This document shows positions 12,655 to 22,954 of a stretch of 64,000 nucleotides of DNA, one piece after another. The DNA comes from an uncultured delta proteobacterium. Lineage in GTDB: Bacteria > Desulfobacterota > BSN033 > UBA1163. The notes under the pieces are model-generated. The model ran no database searches, was not told where the DNA came from, and saw nothing but the letters and a program-made list of their open reading frames with translations. Position 1 is the stretch's first letter. The number at the start of each line of letters is the position of its first letter. The position numbers and the translations under genes were made by a program. The DNA is taken from the NCBI GenBank assembly GCA_963827685.1, contig CAWHBU010000006.1, forward strand, positions 256,001 to 320,000. The letters run 5' to 3'.

Positions 12655-14319
12655 TTAGACAATGGAGGGGCGACTTTTCAGGATGGGCCTTTGCCATGCT
12701 TTTCCAAAGAAATAATCCAAGACTTTTTTTGAACTCTTTTCTTTTACTGCTGAGAGCTTCCCATTAGAATCTTTTCTGAGACTGAAATAAGACCGTTCAT
12801 CAAAAATCATTAGCAGCAAATCCCTCCATGTCATTTCCTCACCCTTGGTCTTAACCTTCTCTTCTAACGTTCGATAGAGTTCTCCCCATGTCATTCCCTC
12901 ATCCAACTCTTTCCCGTCCATCCTTCCTTTGATAAAATTGATGACCCTTGCCAGACGAAAGAGGGTTAATAAATCGAGCCGATTAAATTCCTTTGTCTCA
13001 ATGGGAAAGGCGCTTGACCGCCACTGGACTGAGTGAAAAGGAAGGATACCCTCCTTGTTACATCTCTCAAAAAGAGAAGTCCCGGGAGTGGGGTAATAGA
13101 TGCTCGGTCCGATGAGGACTTTTTTCCCCATCAGGTAGATTAAGGTATCCACCATCTCCTCAATAGTTTGGCCGGGCATTCCCAGGATGGCATAGGCAAT
13201 CACGTTAAGGCCGACCCGCTCTGCGTCTTCGAGAATCTTATCGAACTCAGTCATTGTCTTAGGTCTTCCCATCCTTTCTTTCGTTGAAGGATCTGTGCTG
13301 ACATAGGAAAGATTGATGGTCTTAAACCCTGCCTTTTTCATTAATCCAAGAAGCTCCTCGTCCAGAGAGGCAAAGGAGATTCCATTCATCGCAGAAAGTT
13401 CAATCTTTTCTTCTCCAAACTTCTCGATAATGAGATTCATCAATTGCTTCGCCCGCTGCTGATCAAAGGTGAAATTGTCGTCTTCAATATCAAAAATTTG
13501 GATGCCATATTGCTTCTGACACTCCTTCATCTCTTTAAGTATGGCCTCCGGAGTTCGAGTCCTGAAAGATGATCCCATGACAAGATGAGCTGAACAGTAG
13601 GCACATCCATGTGGGCAACCCCTGCTGGTGATGATCATCGTGGATCGTTTCTTTCTCATCCGATATCGATCCAGATCGAGCAGTTCCCTTGCAGGATGAG
13701 GAAGGGAATCGAGATCTTGGATGAAATTCTGAAGAGGGTTGGTTCGTATTTCTCCATCTTTTCGATATCCAATCCCATCGATCTTTTCAACCTTATCCAC
13801 TTTTCCTTTCCCAATCTGTTCTAAAAGAAGAGGAAAACGGCCCTCCCCTTCCCCTAAAATCACATAATCAAGGAAGGGACTTCGTAGAACACCTTTTGGA
13901 TCGCAACTGACATGGGCTCCTCCCATGACAACAATTTTCCTTCTATCCCATTCTTTTATGATCTGAGCAATCTCCAACGCCTCACCATGATAGGGTGTGA
14001 AGGAAGAGGAGATCCCGAAAACATCAGCCTTCGAATCTTCGACCCTCTTTCGGATATCGTCCCAACCCATTCCAAAATGGTAATAACCTGAATAGAGCTT
14101 GAAGGGACTTTGATCATTGAAGGGATAGAAATCCCGGAGGTATGAAAGCTCGGAGGGAATGGGAATCGACTTTTTCGTTTCTGTCTGACAATCAAGAATC
14201 TCTACATCGTGGCCGTGATTTTTTAATGAGGCAGCGAGGTATGCCAAACCAATTGGTTGCGTCCGAATAGAGGTCTGATAGAAATCCTGAATGGGCGGCT
14301 GAATGAGAAGGATTTTCAT
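12655..14319 (-). CDS. B12-binding domain radical SAM protein
   Basis: PIGLAYLAA, GGAH, GEGE, SRGCPHGCAYC. Confidence 0.92.
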   Translation of the reverse strand: MKILLIQPPIQDFYQTSIRTQPIGLAYLAASLKNHGHDVEILDCQTETKKSIPIPSELSYLRDFYPFNDQSPFKLYSGYYHFGMGWDDIRKRVEDSKADVFGISSSFTPYHGEALEIAQIIKEWDRRKIVVMGGAHVSCDPKGVLRSPFLDYVILGEGEGRFPLLLEQIGKGKVDKVEKIDGIGYRKDGEIRTNPLQNFIQDLDSLPHPARELLDLDRYRMRKKRSTMIITSRGCPHGCAYCSAHLVMGSSFRTRTPEAILKEMKECQKQYGIQIFDIEDDNFTFDQQRAKQLMNLIIEKFGEEKIELSAMNGISFASLDEELLGLMKKAGFKTINLSYVSTDPSTKERMGRPKTMTEFDKILEDAERVGLNVIAYAILGMPGQTIEEMVDTLIYLMGKKVLIGPSIYYPTPGTSLFERCNKEGILPFHSVQWRSSAFPIETKEFNRLDLLTLFRLARVINFIKGRMDGKELDEGMTWGELYRTLEEKVKTKGEEMTWRDLLLMIFDERSYFSLRKDSNGKLSAVKEKSSKKVLDYFFGKAWQRPILKSRPSIV

Positions 14320-14562
14320 GGTCTTTAACAAAACCGACCCAAAAATTATATTAAACCAAGCGCCGATTGTCCATTTCTGGAATGTGGACGATACGGGTCA
14401 ATTGGTAATCGATAAGGTGGTATGTCCGCTATTTGTCTGGATTTCGGCCACTGACCGGGCAGGTCTTTTCGTAATTTATCATTAATCAATTGATTTTTTA
14501 ATGAACTGTGATCATATTTAAACTGAGAGGTAGTAAATTTTGACAGATAGGAGGTGGGTAAT

Positions 14563-14715
14563 ATGGTAACTGATCTTGTTTGCGGTTCAAGCATTGATGA
14601 GAAGAATGCAGGAGCATCTTACAATTACAAAAGGCAAACCTATTACTTTTGTGGAGCGCCATGTAAAGATGAATTCACAAAGGCCCCCGCTAAGTTTCTT
14701 AAGAAAAGAAGCTAA
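14563..14715 (+). CDS. YHS-domain protein (50 aa, absent from ORF track)
   Basis: Translated by hand: MVTDLVCGSSID...YYFCGAPCKDEFTKAPAKF; GGAGGTG RBS. Confidence 0.88.
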   Translation: MVTDLVCGSSIDEKNAGASYNYKRQTYYFCGAPCKDEFTKAPAKFLKKRS

Positions 14716-14814
14716 CTCTAGCATTTTGAGATGATCAAGGAAGGGCGGGAGGACAGACGTTTTCCTGTCCTTTCCTATCCTCTTCCTAAGGACGGGATTT
14801 CAATACTCGCCAGA

Positions 14815-15309
14815 CTAAGTCAACCTTAATTTGATCCTCATCACTCTCTCATAATTATCCATGTCGCAATATTCGAAACCGAGCTTCCTGTAGAGCTTAA
14901 TGGCTATGAAGTTTGTTACGTTTACTGTCAGCCAGACTGAGTCGAAACCGAGCTGCCTGAACTTTTCGAGGGTGAGCCGCGTCAGCTCTGTCCCGATACC
15001 GAGATTTCTGTGGTTTTGATCGACAAAGATCACAAATTCACCCGATTTGCCCTTCACGTCGGGAATCAGCGCAGCGTGGCCTATAACGCTATCGCCTCTC
15101 CATGCGAGAAGATTTTCCCCTATTTGAAAAAGATTCTTCACCCAGTTCTGACAGGTTTCAAGGTCTTCAGGCGGGAGGCCCTGAGAGGCGGGTTTAGGAG
15201 AGAACGTGCGGTACATCTCACAAAGAGATGGAAAATCTTCAGCACAACTGATCCCTATTTTAAAGGGTTCCCCAGACTTGTCAGTTCTGGTGATGCGCTT
15301 TGGCTCCAT
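14815..15309 (-). CDS. GNAT-family N-acetyltransferase
   Basis: FVDQNHRNLGIG; N..AIKLYRKLGF. Confidence 0.9.
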   Translation of the reverse strand: MEPKRITRTDKSGEPFKIGISCAEDFPSLCEMYRTFSPKPASQGLPPEDLETCQNWVKNLFQIGENLLAWRGDSVIGHAALIPDVKGKSGEFVIFVDQNHRNLGIGTELTRLTLEKFRQLGFDSVWLTVNVTNFIAIKLYRKLGFEYCDMDNYERVMRIKLRLT

Positions 15310-15593
15310 AATGAAATGGATTTTGAAAAGGGAATGGTTTCTCCCCAATTCTTCGTATCTCTTGGTACAACGAATATACTTTAAAGCTTCGAAAAAGGCA
15401 ATTTCTATTCAGAGAATAGCGAGACTTCTTTATTTCTGGTCGGAAGATAAAATTTCTTTTGGGATTGAAATTCCGGAAATTTTTGGTTCGGTAGGATGAT
15501 TCCTGATTATCCCTTTGGGACGGACGCCTTGTCGATGGCCGGGAAGGTCAATCCATTTGGAGTCACGATAGAATCGATTCGCTCAATTCCACG

Positions 15594-15980
15594 TCAGGCA
15601 GTGTATTGTGGTTTTTGTGCATGGTCCATTAAAAAATTCTTCAAAACATCCCTATCCTCGCGAGAGATATCTATAAATCTCACTCCCGTCTGGTAATCCC
15701 ACGCCCAATCCTTCCTCAGGCGAATGTCCATCCAAACCACCTGGACGACCATCTCCATGATATTCGAATCAGCACAAGAAGGAAAAAATAATTTCAACGC
15801 CAGTTGTTGACCAATCCCCAATTCCTCTGGAAGGTGGAGAAGCAATCCCCCTTCACTGGCATTAACAGCTCGAGCGTATTTGAAGAATAAGTTGCTTCGA
15901 CTATACTTAATTGGCAAATCGACATCAAATCTGGGATATTTTCTTTTTTCTAAATCGAGGCTCTTTTCCGTTAACTCCAT
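15594..15980 (-). CDS. PilZ-domain protein
   Basis: RKYPR and NASEGG c-di-GMP-binding motifs. Confidence 0.9.
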   Translation of the reverse strand: MELTEKSLDLEKRKYPRFDVDLPIKYSRSNLFFKYARAVNASEGGLLLHLPEELGIGQQLALKLFFPSCADSNIMEMVVQVVWMDIRLRKDWAWDYQTGVRFIDISREDRDVLKNFLMDHAQKPQYTA

Positions 15981-16026
15981 CGGATTGCTCCCATTTGATA
16001 TTTTTTGCTAACCTTTGGATCAAAGC

Positions 16027-16042
16027 AGCAAAAATTATGCCG
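16027..16042 (-). promoter_or_regulatory. Putative sigma-54 promoter of the PilZ gene
   Basis: CGGCATAATTTTTGCT on minus strand, GG-N10-GC spacing. Confidence 0.65.
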
Positions 16043-16238
16043 GAAGGAAATTAACCACTTTAGTTTTATAAATAGCTGGAATTTAAGGCTTGATTTAAAT
16101 TATAGGGAAAGGTCTAAATTGAAGCATGTCCAAAAAGGAAGTGACATGTTGTCAAAAATGGACCGATTTTGGACAAATATTCCTCTTGATTAGTGAAGGC
16201 AATGAAAGGAGATGTTAGATTTCCTTAGGCCAATCTGG

Positions 16239-16415
16239 CTACATATAAATGTTCTCTGAAAATTCCTCCGGGGTAACCATAAGATCAATCCCAAAAGCAC
16301 GATCGGTCTCGGGTGAATCTCCGACCACGGGCACCAGGAAAGGGAGCCGCCTCCTTTTTTCCCAGGGCACTCCAGATTTTTTCTCGGATTCTTTTTTCAT
16401 AATCGTCCAACTCAT
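16239..16415 (-). CDS. Small hypothetical protein
   Basis: Short ORF downstream of rsmE; start uncertain; no motif. Confidence 0.3.
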   Translation of the reverse strand: MSWTIMKKESEKKSGVPWEKRRRLPFLVPVVGDSPETDRAFGIDLMVTPEEFSENIYM

Positions 16416-16570
16416 TCTGCTCGAACTTCCTTTTAAATCCCAATATCCAAAATCCAGGTTCCGAACAAATTTCAACTGCCAATGTTCAAATGGTCAAAAC
16501 TCTTATTTTCGGTAATTGATAGTTCGATCAATATTAGGAATGTGGCGCTGGGAGATTGATTATCGTCGCT

Positions 16571-17302
16571 TTAAACAAGGTCACCCCATTCATATTGAAG
16601 AATTCCCACCATGGTGATGGCAGCGGTCTCCGTCCTCAAAATACGCTGTCCCAATTTAACGGGAATAAATTCCTTTTTTCTCGCCCACTTCACCTCTTCA
16701 TCGGTAAAGCCCCCTTCCGGCCCAACCATCACATAAATCTTTTGAGTAGAATGTCGTCTCAAGGCGCTTTTAAGATTTTCCCCTTCCTTTTCCCAAAGGA
16801 GGATCTTCAACCCATTCTCACCGCAATCTCTCAATACCTCTTGGAACGGTCGGCATTCTCCTACATAAGGAACCTTTGCTCTTCTCGATTGCTGAACTGC
16901 TTTCACGGCGATCTGCTGCCACCGGTGGGCTTTCTTCTGCTTTACCTCCCTCTCCTCCAGAGAGATGGATCTCTCGGATTGAAAAGGAAGGATCGCCGAG
17001 ACACCCAGCTCCGTCGTCTTCTGGATGATCAGCTCCATCCTTTCCTTGTCTGGAAGGGCCTGAAGCAGGATGATTTCCAAAGATGATTCTGTCGGTGACG
17101 GAAAGGCATCAAAAATAAAAATAGAAGCTTCAGCTTCGGAGAGACGAAGAATTCTTCCCCTGAAATCACTCCCTTCAAGGTCTGTCAAGGTGACGAGGCT
17201 CCCCACACGGCACCTCTGAAAACGAAGGGCCTCCAACGGAGGCCCTTTCATCAGAACTTCTTTGCCGATAACAACCTTCTGATCAAGAACAATTCTATCC
17301 AT
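16571..17302 (-). CDS. rsmE: 16S rRNA m3U1498 methyltransferase
   Basis: IIQKTTELGV, VGPEGGF, LGQRILRTETAA. Confidence 0.95.
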   Translation of the reverse strand: MDRIVLDQKVVIGKEVLMKGPPLEALRFQRCRVGSLVTLTDLEGSDFRGRILRLSEAEASIFIFDAFPSPTESSLEIILLQALPDKERMELIIQKTTELGVSAILPFQSERSISLEEREVKQKKAHRWQQIAVKAVQQSRRAKVPYVGECRPFQEVLRDCGENGLKILLWEKEGENLKSALRRHSTQKIYVMVGPEGGFTDEEVKWARKKEFIPVKLGQRILRTETAAITMVGILQYEWGDLV

Positions 17303-19778
17303 TACAAGAGGGTTTCCCTTTTTTCTTCTTCTTTTCCTCTTTTCCCCCTTCTTCCCCTCCTTCAAATTCCTTGATCTTCGATCCGAGCTCTCTCAGTTTC
17401 TTGTCTACCAGGTCGTTCACCGTCCCCTCTCTAAAACGTCCATTCTCCAATTTCTCGCCAGCCTCCACACCGGTGAGAATCTCGATCCCCTGGTCAATGG
17501 TCTTCACGGGATAGATATGGAATCTCCGTTCCTTCACCGCTTCCACCACATCCTTCCTCAACATCAGATCATCGACATTGAGATGAGGAATCATCACGCC
17601 CTGCTTGCCGGTCAATCCCTTTGCCTTGCAGACTTCGAAGAATCCTTCAACCTTCTCGTTCGCACCGCCGATGGGTTGAACCTCCCCTTTCTGATTGACC
17701 GAACCGGTCACCGCGATGTCTTGTCGGAGAGGGAGTCCAGAGATACTTGAAAGCAATGCATAAATTTCTGTCGAGGAGGCGCTGTCCCCCTCAACCCCGC
17801 TATAGGACTGTTCGAAACAAAGGCTGGCACTCATCGTAATGGGTTTATCCTGGGCATATTTTCCTCTGAGATATCCAGCGAGAATATAGACTCCCTTGTT
17901 ATGGATGGGGCCGCTCATCTCTGCTTCTCTTTCGATATTGATAATGCCTGCCTTCCCCAGGGAAGTCTTGGCCGTGATCCGAGAGGGTTTTCCGAACATA
18001 TAATCGCCAAGATTATAGACGGAGAGGCCATTGACCTGGCCCACCACCCTCCCATCGGAGTCAATCAGGATGGTTCCATCATCGATCATCTCCTGAATCT
18101 TTTCCTCGATGAGGTTCACCCGGTAATTCCTCCTGTCAATCGCCTTATCGACATGTTTTTCAGTCACCGTATCACTTCCGTCTTTCTCCGCCCAGTAGTT
18201 GGCTTCCCTCAAAATGTCAGCAATGAGGTGGAAGCGTGTTGAAAGCTTTTTCTGCCTTCCCGTAATTCTCACTCCATGCTCCACCACGGCTGCTATCCCC
18301 GTCTTGTCGAAAGGTCTTAATTTGTCTTCATCACAGATTTTCCGGATAAAGGAAGCATACTGTTGGATCTTGTCATTGTCCTTGCTCATCACGGAATCGA
18401 AGTCTGCTTTGATTTTGAAGATCTTTTTGAAATCATCGTCCAAGCTGTAAAGCAGGTAATAAATCTGGGCATCTCCGATTAGGATGACTTTTGTATTGCA
18501 CTCAACGGGCTCTGGCTTGAGGGCCGAAGTGGAAAAGAAGTAAAAGGGGTCATAGGTCTGAATCTCGATGACCTGGTTTTTTAATGTCCTTTTCAAGGCT
18601 GGCCAAACCCACGGCTCCGTGAGGGCATCCAGGGCATTGAAGATCAAATAGCCTCCGTTCGCTCTTAAGAAAGACCCTGCTTTGATATGGAGAAAGTCGG
18701 TCTTCCAGATTCCCGATCGTTCAACAACCCGTTCGATGGTGCCAAAAAGATTTCGGTAGTTGGGGGTCGTCTCGACAATGATGGGAGATCCTTTTGTCTC
18801 CGAATTGTCTACGAGCACGTTTACTTGGTATTCACTGAATGAGTCCACCGGTTGAGGCAAGACCAACCCGGGGATAGGGGGGGCAGTTTCTTCCTTTTCT
18901 CTGAAGCGGCCGAGATTCGTCAAAATATCTTCCTGGACTTCGTCCAGATATTGGTGAACCTTCTCGTAGTCAAACTTCTCCTTAATATCAGAAATGGAGT
19001 CTTTGACCGCCGGAGAGATCACCTCATTGTCCAAAGAGGTTAGCTCTTCCTTGATCTCCTTCTCTGCTTTCCGGGTCTCTTTAAATATATCCTCCAATTC
19101 ATTGATCAGTTGGACTTGCTTTTCTTTAAGCTTTTCCAATTCCTCTTTCGAGAATTTGCCCTCCTCCACCATGGATTCCAACTGCTCCATGTTGACAGGG
19201 TTCCCCTCGACTAACGGGAAGATGCCAGGACGTGAGTAAGGCCCCATCTGAACCTGAACCAGAGCAAACCCCTCCTTATTCACCATCTTTTCAAACTCTC
19301 GGAACATCTCTGCCTGTTTGTTCCGAAATTTTTCAACCACCTCTTTCTTCTTATTGAGATAGGTCTCGTTCTCAAACATCAAGGGGATTTTCTTTTTCAG
19401 AGTTTCGAGCAAGGTCTCCATCTCTTTCTTGAAGGCATTCCCCTGCCCTGGAGGAAGGATCAGCATATGGGGCATATCCGGGTTTTTGAAATTATTGACG
19501 TAACAGAAATCGTTGGGAATCTTCCCTTGGATGTTTAATTCTTCCAAGATACATTTGATCGTGGTAAAACGCCCCGTTCCTGTCAAGCCCGTTACAAAGA
19601 TATTGTACCCGACACTATGGATATTCAATCCCAATCGGATCGCCTCTTGAGCCCTCTCCTGACCAATGACCTCTTCACAGGCTCGGATGGTCTGAGTGGT
19701 CTCAAAGGGTAATGTCCCTGGATCACAACGCCACCTTAATTTCTCAATGGGAACTTCTTCATAGAGTTTCTCGACCAT
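17295..19778 (-). CDS. LonC-like (Lon-family) protease
   Basis: IGQERA, GLTGTGR, ANGGYL, GQVNGL, GDSASS...PIGGANEK Ser-Lys dyad. Confidence 0.9.
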   Translation of the reverse strand: MVEKLYEEVPIEKLRWRCDPGTLPFETTQTIRACEEVIGQERAQEAIRLGLNIHSVGYNIFVTGLTGTGRFTTIKCILEELNIQGKIPNDFCYVNNFKNPDMPHMLILPPGQGNAFKKEMETLLETLKKKIPLMFENETYLNKKKEVVEKFRNKQAEMFREFEKMVNKEGFALVQVQMGPYSRPGIFPLVEGNPVNMEQLESMVEEGKFSKEELEKLKEKQVQLINELEDIFKETRKAEKEIKEELTSLDNEVISPAVKDSISDIKEKFDYEKVHQYLDEVQEDILTNLGRFREKEETAPPIPGLVLPQPVDSFSEYQVNVLVDNSETKGSPIIVETTPNYRNLFGTIERVVERSGIWKTDFLHIKAGSFLRANGGYLIFNALDALTEPWVWPALKRTLKNQVIEIQTYDPFYFFSTSALKPEPVECNTKVILIGDAQIYYLLYSLDDDFKKIFKIKADFDSVMSKDNDKIQQYASFIRKICDEDKLRPFDKTGIAAVVEHGVRITGRQKKLSTRFHLIADILREANYWAEKDGSDTVTEKHVDKAIDRRNYRVNLIEEKIQEMIDDGTILIDSDGRVVGQVNGLSVYNLGDYMFGKPSRITAKTSLGKAGIINIEREAEMSGPIHNKGVYILAGYLRGKYAQDKPITMSASLCFEQSYSGVEGDSASSTEIYALLSSISGLPLRQDIAVTGSVNQKGEVQPIGGANEKVEGFFEVCKAKGLTGKQGVMIPHLNVDDLMLRKDVVEAVKERRFHIYPVKTIDQGIEILTGVEAGEKLENGRFREGTVNDLVDKKLRELGSKIKEFEGGEEGGKEEKKKKKGKPSCNG

Positions 19779-19872
19779 AGCCTCCCCCTTTGTCCTAAAG
19801 CATGTGATTTATTTCGCTTTCAATTTTCTATCAGAACCTGAGAAAAGTCAACGAGGTTTTAAAAAAAATCAG

Positions 19873-19933
19873 GAATTATGAGTGAAGAGTTATGAATTAT
19901 GAGTGAAGAGTGAAAAGTTACGAGTTAAAAGTT
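19873..19933. repeat. Tandem imperfect heptamer repeats
   Basis: GAATTAT/GAGTGAA/GAGTTAT units, about 9 copies. Confidence 0.8.
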
Positions 19934-19957
19934 CACATTTCATAGATGAAATTTGAC

Positions 19958-20875
19958 TCAGATTCCTTCTTTGGCAAGCTCCTGGATCAACCCTCTGTTT
20001 TTCTCGGACACTCTTTTGGGGACCTTGACGATCACCTTGACGTACTCGTCCCCTTTGCCTTCCCCTTGAAAATGAGGAAGCCCAAGGCCTTTTAACCGCA
20101 TTTTAGTATGGCTCTGGGTTCCAGGAGGAACCTTGACTTTCTTCATCCCCTCCAGGGTGGGAACTTCGATGGTCGTCCCGAGGACAGCCTCTGAGAAATT
20201 AATTTCTTTCTCCACAGTGAGGTCGTTTCCTTCTCGGCTGAAGATGGGATGCTCCCTGATAGAAACTTGGAGGTAGAGATCGCCCGGAGGACCTCCATTT
20301 CTCCCCTCCATCCCCTTTCCAGAAAGTCTGAGCTTCTTGCCAGAAGGAATCCCTCGTGGAATTTTGACAGAAACCTCCTCAACTTTTCCATTTCTTCGGT
20401 AGGAGATCCTCTTCTCTCCGCCGGAGGCTGCTTCTTCCAAAGAAATGGTCATTTCATAGATGATGTCTTCTCCCCTCTGGGACATCCGACCCATATCCTG
20501 GTAGGCCCCTTGTCCACCGAAAAGGTCTCCGAAATCAAAGCCGCCTCGACCCCCGTATCTGAACTCCCGTCTTCCTCTTCCCCCGAAGAGGTTGGATAAA
20601 ATCTCGTCAAAATCAAATCCCCGGAAGATGTCCTCTTGAGTAAATCGTTGATGGAACCCTTCGGCACCAAAGGTGTCGTATTGTTTTCGTTTCTCTTTAT
20701 CGCTCAGGACCGCATAGGCCTCGTTGATCTCTTTAAAGCGCTCTTCCGCCTCTTTTTTATTGGGATTTCGGTCGGGATGATATTTCATTGCCAGTTTTCG
20801 ATAAGCCCGCTTGAGCTCCTCGTCACTCGCGTTCTTGCCCACGCCCAAAACATTATAATAATCTTTGGCTGCCAT
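19958..20875 (-). CDS. cbpA: DnaJ-class co-chaperone without zinc finger (CbpA-like)
   Basis: J domain with HPD, G/F region, DnaJ C-terminal domain, no CxxCxGxG. Confidence 0.85.
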   Translation of the reverse strand: MAAKDYYNVLGVGKNASDEELKRAYRKLAMKYHPDRNPNKKEAEERFKEINEAYAVLSDKEKRKQYDTFGAEGFHQRFTQEDIFRGFDFDEILSNLFGGRGRREFRYGGRGGFDFGDLFGGQGAYQDMGRMSQRGEDIIYEMTISLEEAASGGEKRISYRRNGKVEEVSVKIPRGIPSGKKLRLSGKGMEGRNGGPPGDLYLQVSIREHPIFSREGNDLTVEKEINFSEAVLGTTIEVPTLEGMKKVKVPPGTQSHTKMRLKGLGLPHFQGEGKGDEYVKVIVKVPKRVSEKNRGLIQELAKEGI

Positions 20876-22662
20876 TACTCCTTATCCTCAAGCCTCTGGT
20901 CTGACTGCCGCTTGTAGATCTCGCGGATCATTCGGTTGAGGTGTCCCTCTGGATCGTCGACCGTCTCTTTGGTGATGAGGAACTCTCTTTGACCCGTCTT
21001 ATCGCGGATCAACTCGAATCCATATTCATAATCTTTTGAAAGCCGTGCGAAGAGTGCCGTCCCTTTCCCCTCTTCGTTCAGGATGATCTCTGTGATCCGG
21101 TGAATGGCCTCTTCGTTAAATTCGAGATCAATGCCAGTCCGTCTCTGAAAATCCCTTTCGAACTCCTCCACTTGTCGTTGAATCTCCACCACCTCTTCTG
21201 AAACGGTGTTGACATCATACCCTTTTTCGATCATCCGATTGACGATCAGGTCGATCCTCCCCTCTCGGAAAACAATGCCATAACGTTTCTTAAATTCTGC
21301 CTCTCTGTGCAGAATGGACTCTTTCAAGGCCATCTTCTCACCGGCAAGAAGACCTTCAAATTTTTCCAGCATCTCCGGATTGGAGGGGTCTTGAAGCAAT
21401 CGTTCCAGCTCTCGCCCCGGATCTTCCACCACTGCTTGCGTGACGACAAATTTCTGAATATCCGTGGACGGAAGTCGCTTTTCAAATTTGATGAGAACCT
21501 TCTCGACGGCACTGACCAATCCTCTGGCGCCGATCTTTTCCTCATAAGCCTTCACGGCCAATTCATAAAGGGCTCCGTCTTCAAACTGAATGTCAATCCC
21601 ATAGGATTTGAAATCTTTCTTCTTCCCGAGGGTGATGGGATTGTTCGGATTTTTCAATATCGCATAGAGGTCTTCGATCTCCAGTTTTTCAAAAACGGTA
21701 GCCACCGGAAGCCGTCCGATGAATTCTGACTCGAACCCATAGGCGATCAAATCCTCTGCCTTCACCTGTTTCAGGTATTCAGCCCGTTCGTCCTGCGAAC
21801 GGATCTCCGCGCCAAAACCAATGCCTTCTCGATTCAAACGTTTCTTGATGAGCTCCTCCAAACCGCTGAAGGCTCCACTCATGATGAAGAGGATGTTCTT
21901 GGTATTGATCGTCCGTTTCTCCCTTTTACCCGTCTTCCGGTAATGTTCAATGGCCTCCAGTTGAGAGATTGGGTCATGGGGGACTTTCAGGTCCACCTCT
22001 GTCTCCTCCATCGGTTTGAGCAGAGCCCGCTGAACCCCTGTCCTCGATACATCGGGACCAATGAGGTTATTCGATGAGGCGATCTTATCGATCTCATCCA
22101 CGTAAATGATCCCGTACTGAGCCAGATCCATATCTCCATTGGCTTCGTAGACGAGATCACGAACGAGATCCTCCACATCGCCACCCACATAACCGGTCTC
22201 GCTGAACTTCGTCGCATCCCCTTTCACAAAAGGGACTCCAATCTTCTTGGCAATCAATTTGATTAGATAGGTCTTCCCCACACCGGTGGGACCGACCATC
22301 AGGATATTATTCTTGATATGACCCACCCCTTCGTATCGATTCCGCCCCTTGGTCATTTCGGTGAATTTGATCCGATTGAAATGGGTGCAGATCTTGGTGG
22401 CCAGGATCTCCTTGGCCTCATCCTGCCGAATGATGTAATCATTCAAAAAGGCTTCCAACTCTTCCGGTTTTAGGTCAAAATGAATCTTCTTTTTCCCTTC
22501 GCCCAACTCTTTTTCTTCTTTCGAGACTTCTTCTGTCTGTGGCTTCGGGAAGAGCATGGGTACGACCAGCCGGATTCGGTCTCCGTACTTTTTACCTAAG
22601 TAATCGTTCAATTCCTTTTCCAGCTCTTTCTGATCTGGAACCTTCGAATCAGAATCTTTCAT
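20875..22662 (-). CDS. ClpX-like AAA+ ATPase with C-terminal extension
   Basis: [12 protein letters not shown] pore loop, [23 protein letters not shown] loop; no N-terminal zinc finger. Confidence 0.88.
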   Translation of the reverse strand: MKDSDSKVPDQKELEKELNDYLGKKYGDRIRLVVPMLFPKPQTEEVSKEEKELGEGKKKIHFDLKPEELEAFLNDYIIRQDEAKEILATKICTHFNRIKFTEMTKGRNRYEGVGHIKNNILMVGPTGVGKTYLIKLIAKKIGVPFVKGDATKFSETGYVGGDVEDLVRDLVYEANGDMDLAQYGIIYVDEIDKIASSNNLIGPDVSRTGVQRALLKPMEETEVDLKVPHDPISQLEAIEHYRKTGKREKRTINTKNILFIMSGAFSGLEELIKKRLNREGIGFGAEIRSQDERAEYLKQVKAEDLIAYGFESEFIGRLPVATVFEKLEIEDLYAILKNPNNPITLGKKKDFKSYGIDIQFEDGALYELAVKAYEEKIGARGLVSAVEKVLIKFEKRLPSTDIQKFVVTQAVVEDPGRELERLLQDPSNPEMLEKFEGLLAGEKMALKESILHREAEFKKRYGIVFREGRIDLIVNRMIEKGYDVNTVSEEVVEIQRQVEEFERDFQRRTGIDLEFNEEAIHRITEIILNEEGKGTALFARLSKDYEYGFELIRDKTGQREFLITKETVDDPEGHLNRMIREIYKRQSDQRLEDKE

Positions 22663-22845
22663 TGAAACTAAACTCCTTTTTTTCAACAGGTACTGAGTTC
22701 AATATAACCATTGCCACTTTTTTTTTCAACTCTTTTCCTCCCATCAACCCTCTTGTTCCTCTTCGCCCTCCCTTCTACACGTAGCGGAGGTATTAATAGA
22801 TCCCACCTTTCGTGAGGAAAATCAATAATCCTCCCCGTTTAGTGT

Positions 22846-22862
22846 ATGCAAATTACTTGCCA
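22846..22862 (-). promoter_or_regulatory. Putative sigma-54 promoter
   Basis: TGGCAAGTAATTTGCAT on minus strand. Confidence 0.7.
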
Positions 22863-22954
22863 CCCGGCATTAAAAAGGGGATTAGGGAGTCATTTTGCAA
22901 GAAAATTGGCTCGTTTGACTTGCCAGAAGGATTAAATGGAGAAATGAAGGGCGG

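Noticed and set aside
19873-19933. Possible CRISPR array
   Set aside because: Contiguous 7-nt units without spacers; no cas genes in the window
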